A stretch of DNA of 62,457 nucleotides from an uncultured Bacilli bacterium (GTDB lineage Bacteria; Bacillota_I; Bacilli_A; RF39; UBA660). This document shows positions 37,519 to 46,111 of this stretch, piece after piece. Numbering within the stretch: position 1 is the stretch's first letter; each line of letters opens with the position of its first letter. Under the pieces are notes generated by a model. That model worked only from the letters and a program-made list of their open reading frames with translations. It made no database searches and was not told the DNA's origin. The position numbers and the translations under genes were made by a program. The stretch covers positions 1 through 62,457 of the forward strand of contig CANRPK010000005.1 in NCBI GenBank assembly GCA_947632455.1. The letters are read 5' to 3'.

Positions 37519-40500
37519 AAATTTTATATATTTTACGATGATGAATATTTCTAAAGATGAAAAGGCTAGAAATTGCTCCAGTAAAGATAGCAATATAGCT
37601 TATAATATTTCCTGTTTGAGGATTTACAACATCAACTATTTTTACTATTACTTCATTACTTGGATAACTATTTTCTTCATAGGTAACTTCAGCAATATTA
37701 GGGATGGTATCAACAATGCAATCTTCATTAACATATACAGTAATAGTTAACTCTTTAGTTTCATTCTCTTCTAAATCAAAAGTCCAGGAAATTTTATTTC
37801 CTTCTATTTGACCATCAGCGGTAACAATAGTTAAGTTGGAATCAATAATATCTGTGACTAAAACATTTTCAAGAGCAAAATCACTTTCATTAGTAACTTT
37901 TAAAGTGTAGTTAAATTCTCTTTTCTTTTCAACTTCTTCTTTACTAACAAATTTCTCAATACTAACTTTGCCTTCTTTTATATGAACTTCTACTTCATCT
38001 TCAACTGGTGGTTTATCAGGTTCATTAACTACAACTTTATTGTCAATTATTTCACCTGGATTAGCATTATCAACTTTAACTTTTATTTTGTAAGTAACAC
38101 TACTTTGGGATTTTAATTCTTTAATATTCCAAGTTATAGTATTATTTTCAACTTTACCATCATTACTATCGATTATTTCTAAGTGACTATCAAAGGTATC
38201 TACAACAGTTAAATCTTTAGCATCAGCTTCACCTTTATTAGTAACAGTTATAGTATAATAATATTCTTGATTATTTAAAGCATCTTCTATACTTGAAGTT
38301 TTTACTACTTTAATATCTGTATCAATTACTTTTACTTCTTCATCATCTTCTAAATGTTTATCTTCATAGGTTAAGACTGCAACATTTTTTATTATTTCAT
38401 CTTTTTCAACATTGGATTTTACTGTGACATAAACTTTAATAGTTATTGTTTCATTTTTAGCTAAAGAATTAATATTAATTTTTAAAGTATTTTGTTCTAA
38501 GCTTGAAGTAACATCGCTTGAAGTTTCTATTCTTTCAAAGGTTAATTTATCAGGTATTTCATCGGTTATAGTTAAATTATTAGCAACTATATCACTGGTA
38601 TTACCTATTGTTAGTGTATAATAGAAAGTATCATTTTTTTTGACTTTTTTAACACTAGCTTCTTTATGGATATAAACATTAGAATCTACGACTAAAACAT
38701 CATCACTATCTTCAGTAGTAGTATCTTTATAGGTTAATACGGCAGTATTAGGTATAGTTGTTCCATTTTGGGCATGGCTTGCGACCTCGACAGTAACATA
38801 AAATGTTTGACTAGCTTTAGAAGCTAAATTATCAATAGTCCATGAAATAGTTTGGCCATTAACACTTCCTGTATCGGCATCAATAATAGTTAATAAATCA
38901 TTTATTTTATCAGTTATAGTAATAGGACCACCATCTATATCGCTAATGTTAGTAACTTTTATTTCATAAACAAATTGTTCACTGGGTTTTACAGCCTTTA
39001 AATCAAGAGAACTATCAGGATATGGGGTATTCATAATCTTTGTTGGTTTATTTTTGATGGCATATTTAGTAATAGTAAATTTTGGAACTTTAACCTCTAC
39101 ATCTACTTCATCTTCTACTTCTTCTTTTCCTGGTTCTTTAACGGTGGCAATATTAGGAATAGTTAGGCTTTCTTTTATGTCTTCTTTAACTTTAACTTTT
39201 ATTACATATTGCACTTGAGCTTTAGGAGCTAGGGTATCGATGGTCCAAGATAAAGTATTTCCTTGGCGATTAGCATTTGCACTATCAATAATTTCTAAAT
39301 GACTATCTATAACATCTTTAACTAAGACAGATTTAGCATCACCATCACCATTATTAGTAACAGTAATGGTATAAGTAACTTGTTCGCCTGGTTTTACAAT
39401 GGCTTTATCAGCTTGTTTTTTAATACTAACATTTGATTCTACAACTTCAACTGGTTCATTATCACTTACTTCATCATTATTATCGGCTTTAGCGGTCGCT
39501 GTATTAGGAATAGTACCTAATTTAGAGTTATTTTTTACTTTTACATATATAGTTATTGTTTTACTTTCATTAGCTTGAAGGGAGGGATAAGTTATGGAAA
39601 AATCATTACCACTATAGTTTCCTTCACTTACTCTTACTATTTCAAAATTATCACTAATAGTATCTTTTACCAAGACATTTATAGCTGTACCTTCCCCTTT
39701 ATTAGTTACTTTTAATTGATAATAAAATTGATCACCTTTTTTTAATTTATTGATATTTACTGTTTTTTCAATAGCTAGATTAGGAGTTAAAACTTTTACT
39801 TCTTCATCATCATCGATTGGTGGTTCATCTGGTTCTTGGGCAATCGCGGTATTAGGGATAGTTCCAACCTTACAATTTGGTTTTACTCGGACATTAATTC
39901 TAATACTTTTACTACGACCGGCTTCGACTACACCAATTTTAAAAATATATTTATTACCTTCAGTGGTATAATTTTGATCAGAGCTAATAAATTCTAAATT
40001 TTCATTTAATGTATCTTCTACCGTGACTTCTTTACTATCTCCAGTTCCTAAATTTTGAACTATTATGTTATAGTAAAATTGTTCATTACTAGATAGGCTT
40101 GTTTTATTAGCGGTTTTAGTAATTATAATATCTGAATAAACTACATCTACGGGATATGTATCTTCAATAGTTTTATCTTTTACGTGTAAAACAGCCTTAT
40201 TAGTGATCCTTCCTTCAATATCTTCTTTAGCTTTTACATGAACACTTACAGTTTTATCCGGATCATTTGGTTTGAAGGTGCCTAAATTCCAAGTGACGTT
40301 TTGCCCATCATGGCTTCCTCCATCATTTACTCTTAATATTTCTAGTTCTTTAGGAATTTCATCAGTTATAGTAACTTCATCACTTTCAATTTCAAGATCA
40401 GGTTTAACAGTAATATAATAATCAAATTCTTCCCCACGATGAACTGTTGTAACTCTTTCATTATTTATTCTAGCTTCTTTATCTAAACCAAAATTATTAG

Positions 40501-40930
40501 TTTTTAAAACTTTATACGTACTAGGTTCGATTGTTAAATGGCATGTTTCATGATTATTGATTTTTTTCGCAACTATTTTAGCAAAATATAACTTATTATT
40601 ATCATTAGTAGTATAAGTTGTATTAGAACCAAAGCTATAAGTTGTATTGGCATCATCGCGTTTTAATAAAGTAAAACCATTTAGACTTTCAACACTTTTA
40701 ATGGTTAAATTAGTTAAATTAACCTTAAATTCACTATAGTTAAAACGGGTAACGCCATCTAGTTCAACATATACCCAATACTCAGTTAAGGTACCACCAT
40801 CTGTATCGGATGAGTTTCCATGAAGTTCAACATTAAAGCGGTTATTTGCCTCAACATTTTTTGGGTATAAATTTATTAAAACAATAATAAAAATCAAAAT
40901 AAAAATAGGTATTATATATCTTAATTTCAT
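37517..40930 (-). CDS. large sortase-anchored surface protein with at least 8 DUF11 (TIGR01451-type) repeats
   Basis: Signal peptide. Repeated units such as FYYQLKVTNKGEGTAINVLVKDTISDNFEIV and IPNTA. C-terminal NPQTG (37610..37624), then a TM helix, then an RKIYKI tail. Confidence 0.85.
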   Translation of the reverse strand: MKLRYIIPIFILIFIIVLINLYPKNVEANNRFNVELHGNSSDTDGGTLTEYWVYVELDGVTRFNYSEFKVNLTNLTIKSVESLNGFTLLKRDDANTTYSFGSNTTYTTNDNNKLYFAKIVAKKINNHETCHLTIEPSTYKVLKTNNFGLDKEARINNERVTTVHRGEEFDYYITVKPDLEIESDEVTITDEIPKELEILRVNDGGSHDGQNVTWNLGTFKPNDPDKTVSVHVKAKEDIEGRITNKAVLHVKDKTIEDTYPVDVVYSDIIITKTANKTSLSSNEQFYYNIIVQNLGTGDSKEVTVEDTLNENLEFISSDQNYTTEGNKYIFKIGVVEAGRSKSIRINVRVKPNCKVGTIPNTAIAQEPDEPPIDDDEEVKVLTPNLAIEKTVNINKLKKGDQFYYQLKVTNKGEGTAINVLVKDTISDNFEIVRVSEGNYSGNDFSITYPSLQANESKTITIYVKVKNNSKLGTIPNTATAKADNNDEVSDNEPVEVVESNVSIKKQADKAIVKPGEQVTYTITVTNNGDGDAKSVLVKDVIDSHLEIIDSANANRQGNTLSWTIDTLAPKAQVQYVIKVKVKEDIKESLTIPNIATVKEPGKEEVEDEVDVEVKVPKFTITKYAIKNKPTKIMNTPYPDSSLDLKAVKPSEQFVYEIKVTNISDIDGGPITITDKINDLLTIIDADTGSVNGQTISWTIDNLASKASQTFYVTVEVASHAQNGTTIPNTAVLTYKDTTTEDSDDVLVVDSNVYIHKEASVKKVKKNDTFYYTLTIGNTSDIVANNLTITDEIPDKLTFERIETSSDVTSSLEQNTLKININSLAKNETITIKVYVTVKSNVEKDEIIKNVAVLTYEDKHLEDDEEVKVIDTDIKVVKTSSIEDALNNQEYYYTITVTNKGEADAKDLTVVDTFDSHLEIIDSNDGKVENNTITWNIKELKSQSSVTYKIKVKVDNANPGEIIDNKVVVNEPDKPPVEDEVEVHIKEGKVSIEKFVSKEEVEKKREFNYTLKVTNESDFALENVLVTDIIDSNLTIVTADGQIEGNKISWTFDLEENETKELTITVYVNEDCIVDTIPNIAEVTYEENSYPSNEVIVKIVDVVNPQTGNIISYIAIFTGAISSLFIFRNIHHRKIYKI

Positions 40931-41083
40931 ACACTCTACTCCATTATATTGTTATTATAGTACAACAAATATTTTATTGCAATATGAGTAAAATAAATTA
41001 AATGAAAAAAATTTGTTGGTGTACAAATAATATACTTTTAAATGAGAAAGTGTTATACTTAAAGAAGAATTGAGGAAGATATT

Positions 41084-41590
41084 ATGGAAAAAAAGAAAAA
41101 AGACATTGTAAAAATGCTTTTAAATCAAAATTTGGATCAAAAAGATGAAGAGGAGATCATTAATCTTTTAGTAGATATGCCAATATCATTAGATGTTGAT
41201 AAAGAAATTGATGAAAAAATGACTTTTGGAGATAAAGTGGCAGATAAATTATCAGCGATTGCAGGTAGTTGGAGTTTTATAATTGGATTTAGTTTATTTC
41301 TTTTATTTTGGATTATTTTAAATGGAGTTATTTTATTTAAAGCGGTAGATCCATATCCTTTTATTTTATTAAATCTCTTACTTTCTTGTTTAGCTGCTTT
41401 ACAAGCGCCTATTATTATGATGAGCCAAAATCGTCAAGCTAAAAAAGATACTATTCGTAATAAAAATGATTATCGAACTGATTTAAAAAGTGAACTTATT
41501 TTAGAGCAATTATATGATCAATTAAATGAAGTTTTAAAAAATCAAAAAAAGATTATGAATTACTTTAAAAATGGAGATGATAAAAAATAA
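41084..41590 (+). CDS. DUF1003 family membrane protein
   Basis: TFGDKVADKLSAIAGSWSFII...DPYPFILLNLLLSCLAALQAPIIMMSQNRQ matches the DUF1003 core. Confidence 0.85.
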   Translation: MEKKKKDIVKMLLNQNLDQKDEEEIINLLVDMPISLDVDKEIDEKMTFGDKVADKLSAIAGSWSFIIGFSLFLLFWIILNGVILFKAVDPYPFILLNLLLSCLAALQAPIIMMSQNRQAKKDTIRNKNDYRTDLKSELILEQLYDQLNEVLKNQKKIMNYFKNGDDKK

Positions 41591-43570
41591 TTAATCTTTA
41601 GAAATTTTATTAATATAATCGCAGATAATTTCAGCGGTTTTTTCTTTGCCTAATTTAGCATCAAGACATAAATCATAATTCTCAGGATTAGCCCATTTTT
41701 GGCCAGAAATCATTTCATAGTAAGCAGCTCTATTTCTATCAGATCGTTCAAGATTTTTTGAGGCATCTTCATAGCTATCTTGATACATTTGCATAATATT
41801 TTTAATGCGATATTCTTTTGAAGCATAGATAAATATTTTTATGACATTAGGATTATCTCTTAATACATAATCAGCGGCACGACCAACTAAAACACATGAG
41901 CCTTGATTGGCAATCTTTTTAAGAACTTTTTCTTGAGCAATTATAGCATATTTAACTGGCTTAGATGTTAAATATAAATCATGTAAAAGGTCTTTACCAC
42001 TATTAATTTTGGAAATAAATTCTTTATCTAAGCCACTTTCTTTAGCAGCTAGTGCAGTCATTTCTTTATAATAGTAAGGAATATTTAATTTTTCGGCAAT
42101 TAATTGGCCAATAGCTTTTCCTTGGGTGCCATGTTCTCTTGCTATAGTTATGATAACTCCCGGATTAGATGGTTTTAAATATACTTCATTATTAACAGGT
42201 TCTTTTATAGTTTCTATTTGTTTAAAGAATTTAATTACTAAAAAGGTGGTAATTATTATTCCTAAAAAGTCAGCAATAGGTGATGCGATTAAAACCCCTT
42301 TTATTCCCATAAATATAGGTAATATTATAACTAGAGGAACAAAGAAAACTAAATCTCTAGCAAGAGATACTATAGCTGAATTAGTGGGTTCTCCGACTGC
42401 TTGAAAGAAAATAGAACTCATTTTGATTAAACAAGTGAAAGTAACTAACATTAAAAATAATCTAAAAGTCAAAGTAGCAAATTCAAGATATAGTGGTTCA
42501 TTAGAGCCAAAGATACTTATTATAACTTCCGGTTTTAATTCAAAAATAATTGTAGATATTATTCCCACAATAGTTGAGGCAATAACAACTTTTTTAAATA
42601 CTTCTTTTACACGGTCAATATTTTTAGCACCATAATTATATCCTAGTATTGGTTGGGCACCTAAAATGATACCTACAATAATATTAATAACAATAGAAAA
42701 AACTTTCATAGTAATACCGATAACGGCGATAGGTATATCTGCACCATATTTACTTTTAGCTCCATATTTAGCAAGCATAATATTACATACTAAAGAAATA
42801 ATAACAATACTAATTTGAGTAATAAAGGTAGAAATACCTAATTTAATAACATTTTTAAAAATATTAATATTAATTTTAAAACTATCTTTATATAATTTAA
42901 AAGTTTTAGTTTTGGTATAATAAATAATTGAAATAATTAAGGTAGCTATTTGACCAATTACAGTAGCGTATGCGGCACCTTTTATTCCCCAATTTAAGCC
43001 AAAGATAAAAATCGGATCTAGAATAATATTTGTAATAGCTCCTAGCGCTGTTGCTAACATGGAAATTTTAGGAGAGCCATCCGCTCTAATGACAGCATTC
43101 ATACTATTTCCTAACATATATATAGGAATACCCATTAAAATAATTAGATAATAATCACTAGCTAATTTGATACTTTTAGAACTAGCTCCAAAAAGATATA
43201 ATAAATTATCTTTAAAAAGATAGCCTAATATAAGGAATAGAATACTGGTAACGAATGTTGCTAATATACTATTACCGATTGCTTTATGAGCATTTTTAGT
43301 ATCATTTCTTCCTTGACATAAAGATAAATAAGCTGCAGAGCCATCACCAAAACACCAAGCAAAAGCAACAGCAATAATAGTAATGGGATATACTATTCCA
43401 GTCGCCGCATTTCCAAGATAGCCTAAAGAACTATGACCAATAAATATTTGATCTACTATATTATATAAAGAACTAATTAGTAGAGATAAAATACAGGGAA
43501 TTGAAAATTTTAATAATAGTTTAGAAATTTTTTCTTCCCCTAAAAATTTATTATTTTTTTGATTTTCCAT
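41591..43570 (-). CDS. MATE efflux transporter fused to a C-terminal cytidylate-kinase-like (PF13189-type) domain
   Basis: N-terminal ~450-aa MATE (12 TM helices, LLKFSIPCILSLLISSLYNIVDQIFIG). C-terminal VIITIAREHGTQGKAIGQLIAEKLNIPYYYKEMTALAAKESGLD. Start moved to the ATG at 43570 (GGAGG RBS). Confidence 0.85.
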   Translation of the reverse strand: MENQKNNKFLGEEKISKLLLKFSIPCILSLLISSLYNIVDQIFIGHSSLGYLGNAATGIVYPITIIAVAFAWCFGDGSAAYLSLCQGRNDTKNAHKAIGNSILATFVTSILFLILGYLFKDNLLYLFGASSKSIKLASDYYLIILMGIPIYMLGNSMNAVIRADGSPKISMLATALGAITNIILDPIFIFGLNWGIKGAAYATVIGQIATLIISIIYYTKTKTFKLYKDSFKININIFKNVIKLGISTFITQISIVIISLVCNIMLAKYGAKSKYGADIPIAVIGITMKVFSIVINIIVGIILGAQPILGYNYGAKNIDRVKEVFKKVVIASTIVGIISTIIFELKPEVIISIFGSNEPLYLEFATLTFRLFLMLVTFTCLIKMSSIFFQAVGEPTNSAIVSLARDLVFFVPLVIILPIFMGIKGVLIASPIADFLGIIITTFLVIKFFKQIETIKEPVNNEVYLKPSNPGVIITIAREHGTQGKAIGQLIAEKLNIPYYYKEMTALAAKESGLDKEFISKINSGKDLLHDLYLTSKPVKYAIIAQEKVLKKIANQGSCVLVGRAADYVLRDNPNVIKIFIYASKEYRIKNIMQMYQDSYEDASKNLERSDRNRAAYYEMISGQKWANPENYDLCLDAKLGKEKTAEIICDYINKISKD

Positions 43571-43603
43571 TTTATTTCCTCCTTTTTTGATCAGCATTTT
43601 AGA

Positions 43604-43647
43604 GCAAAAAAATATGCGTAAAACTTGGTCTTGTTTTTACGCATATT
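43604..43647 (-). terminator. terminator of the 43704..45182 gene
   Basis: 13-bp stem aatatgcgtaaaa/ttttacgcatatt followed by T6 on the minus strand. Confidence 0.65.
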
Positions 43648-43703
43648 GCTGGATCAGACTTTATAAATTATACTATTTTTTTTATTTTTTTGCAAATGTT
43701 TTT

Positions 43704-45182
43704 TTATCGTTCTTGGCAATTTTCTAATTGGAAAGTTAATTTATTTATAGTATCTTCATAGGAATTTATTTGGTTATTATATTCATTTATAATGTTTTCA
43801 TAATTAGTTATTTCATCGTTATATTCTTCTAATTTGTGATAATAATCTTGAGCATTTTGTTGTAATTTTAAAATATTTTGGGGTGATGCATATATTTTAA
43901 TATTTTGATAATCGTAGTTTATATCTAATATTTTTTGATGATTTAGATTATTAATAACATCTTTAATTAAAAGAGGATAATTAGAACATTTTGTTTCTAA
44001 ATAAATAGCATGATTAGAAATTTGTTCTGGTTTTAATTCACATAGATTATAAATTTGATATTCTATTTCAATATTATCAATATCTTTTGCTATATATTCA
44101 ATATTTTTATAGGCTTCAAAAAATAAATCATCTTGCATATTATATTCAATAGTTTTAGTTTTAAGATTATCGGTTTTAACAATATTAAAATTTAATGAAC
44201 CTATTAAGATTAAACCAAGACTAATACCTAAAATTATTAATGAAATAATAAATGACCAAATCATTCTTTTCTTTGATGATTTTCGATTAAAAATAAAGTT
44301 TAGAATTATTAAGATTACAATAATATTGATACTAGATAAAGATATAATTAAACTTAGTAATCCTATAAAGAATAAACCAGTTTTCCAGATTAAAAAAGTT
44401 AAAATTAAACCACAAAATAAACATATTAAGCTTAAGCATAAGCCACATAAGAAAAAGGCTGCAAATATTTTTATAATAATGATAATAAATTTAAATAAAC
44501 CTTTAATAAAGCTATATTCACTAGTTTCAGGATCTCTAATAATTATTTTACTATTTTCAGATTTTACATCAATTTTAGGAGTAGGTTCTTTAATATCATT
44601 TTGGGGTATATCCATAGTTTTTTTAAAATTTTCATAATAGTTTAAGTATCTAGTTTTAAAAATATGAACAAATACAATTAATGATATTAATCCTAAAATA
44701 AAGAAAATTATACCATCAAAGATAGATTTTAAAATATGACTAATTTTAAGTGGTAAAAAAGAGATTATACCGATTAAAATATGATTAGCATAATAATAAA
44801 AAAGGGTTGATAAAATAATTAAGATAATGATTATTATCGTTTGTTCAAATAAACATTTTATTTTACTTTTAAAATTCATACTACAAAAGAAATTTAAAGT
44901 ATCAGTAATAAATTTTAAAAAATCATCAATATATTTATTTAAATTATTTTTGGTTTCTTCTTCGCCTTTAACTTCCTTTATATCTTTATGAAGTAAATCA
45001 TCAATATTTAAGTTAAATTTATCACATAAAGCGATTATTTTATCCATTTCAGGATAGGCTAAAGCGGATTCCCATTTTGATATAGCTTGACGAGATACGC
45101 CTAATTCTTCGGCAAGTTGTTCTTGAGATAGATTATTATCTTTACGGACTTTTTTTAAATTTTCAGCAAAATTATTATTCAT
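43704..45182 (-). CDS. membrane-tethered XRE-HTH protein with an extracytoplasmic domain and a C-terminal coiled coil
   Basis: NNLSQEQLAEELGVSRQAISKWES HTH, about 6 TM helices, and a heptad-rich tail (EEYNDEITNYENIINEYNNQINSYEDTINKL). Start moved to the ATG at 45182 (AAAGGAG RBS). Confidence 0.75.
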   Translation of the reverse strand: MNNNFAENLKKVRKDNNLSQEQLAEELGVSRQAISKWESALAYPEMDKIIALCDKFNLNIDDLLHKDIKEVKGEEETKNNLNKYIDDFLKFITDTLNFFCSMNFKSKIKCLFEQTIIIIILIILSTLFYYYANHILIGIISFLPLKISHILKSIFDGIIFFILGLISLIVFVHIFKTRYLNYYENFKKTMDIPQNDIKEPTPKIDVKSENSKIIIRDPETSEYSFIKGLFKFIIIIIKIFAAFFLCGLCLSLICLFCGLILTFLIWKTGLFFIGLLSLIISLSSINIIVILIILNFIFNRKSSKKRMIWSFIISLIILGISLGLILIGSLNFNIVKTDNLKTKTIEYNMQDDLFFEAYKNIEYIAKDIDNIEIEYQIYNLCELKPEQISNHAIYLETKCSNYPLLIKDVINNLNHQKILDINYDYQNIKIYASPQNILKLQQNAQDYYHKLEEYNDEITNYENIINEYNNQINSYEDTINKLTFQLENCQER

Positions 45183-45276
45183 TTTTTCTCCTTTCTGGCT
45201 ATATTTTATAATTTCTACTGGTTGCAAACTATCACTTTTTAGTTGTTTTTATGATAATCTTAGTTGCTTTTTGGAT

Positions 45277-45300
45277 GAAAAAAGGCCTTTTGGCCTATTT
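45277..45300 (-). terminator. terminator of the 45307..46092 gene
   Basis: Stem aggcc/ggcct with flanking A/T runs. Confidence 0.5.
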
Positions 45301-45306
45301 TTGCAA

Positions 45307-46092
45307 TTATTCTCTAATTTTTTTAGTGACAAACATACCCGCTAGTTTATATTTATCTTTATTTTTAATATACAAATAACCAAAAATACTATAAGTGACC
45401 GCGCCAATAAAATTAACAATTAAATCTCCCATAGTATCATGAAGGCCAACATCTAAATATTTATCTAGTTTAACTATTTCTTGATCTTTATCATCATATA
45501 AAATAGTATAGCTAATATTATCTACGGTAATAGCAACATTTTCTTTTTTAGGATTTAATTCAACAGTTTTAATATTATCTATAAATTCATCTTTTTGCAT
45601 ATCTGTGCCTAGTAAAACATCAACACTATATTCATATATTTCCCAAATAGCTCCAATAGTCATGGAAAAGCAAAAAGCAACTAAAGAAACAAAGAATGGG
45701 GATAAGTTAATACTATCGTCGTTTTCATTTAAAATATAAACTAGAGAAAAACCTAAACTAGCACTTAAGAATCCATTTATTGTATGAAGAATAGTATCCC
45801 AATAAGGAACTTCTCCAAAAAAGTTATTGATTTCTCCTAATATTTCCGCGGAAAAAATAAATAGATAAATACTTACTTCTAATGCGACTGGAATATCTAA
45901 TTTAAATTTTTTAGATAAAAAGATTGGTAAGAATAACAATATAAGAGAAACAACACATAAAATAGCATTATTAATATTTTTAAGCATTATTTGTCTTACT
46001 AAACATAATATTATTAATAATCTTAATATAAAGTAAACAATGGCCGCGGTTTTATTTTGTCTGGCAAACATTTTATTCCATAACTTTTTCAT
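45307..46092 (-). CDS. hypothetical membrane protein (possibly YjdF/DUF2238-like)
   Basis: About 6 TM helices. The YWDTILHTINGF motif is reminiscent of DUF2238; weak. Confidence 0.6.
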   Translation of the reverse strand: MKKLWNKMFARQNKTAAIVYFILRLLIILCLVRQIMLKNINNAILCVVSLILLFLPIFLSKKFKLDIPVALEVSIYLFIFSAEILGEINNFFGEVPYWDTILHTINGFLSASLGFSLVYILNENDDSINLSPFFVSLVAFCFSMTIGAIWEIYEYSVDVLLGTDMQKDEFIDNIKTVELNPKKENVAITVDNISYTILYDDKDQEIVKLDKYLDVGLHDTMGDLIVNFIGAVTYSIFGYLYIKNKDKYKLAGMFVTKKIRE

Positions 46093-46111
46093 TAATTTAA
46101 TACCTCCTAAT

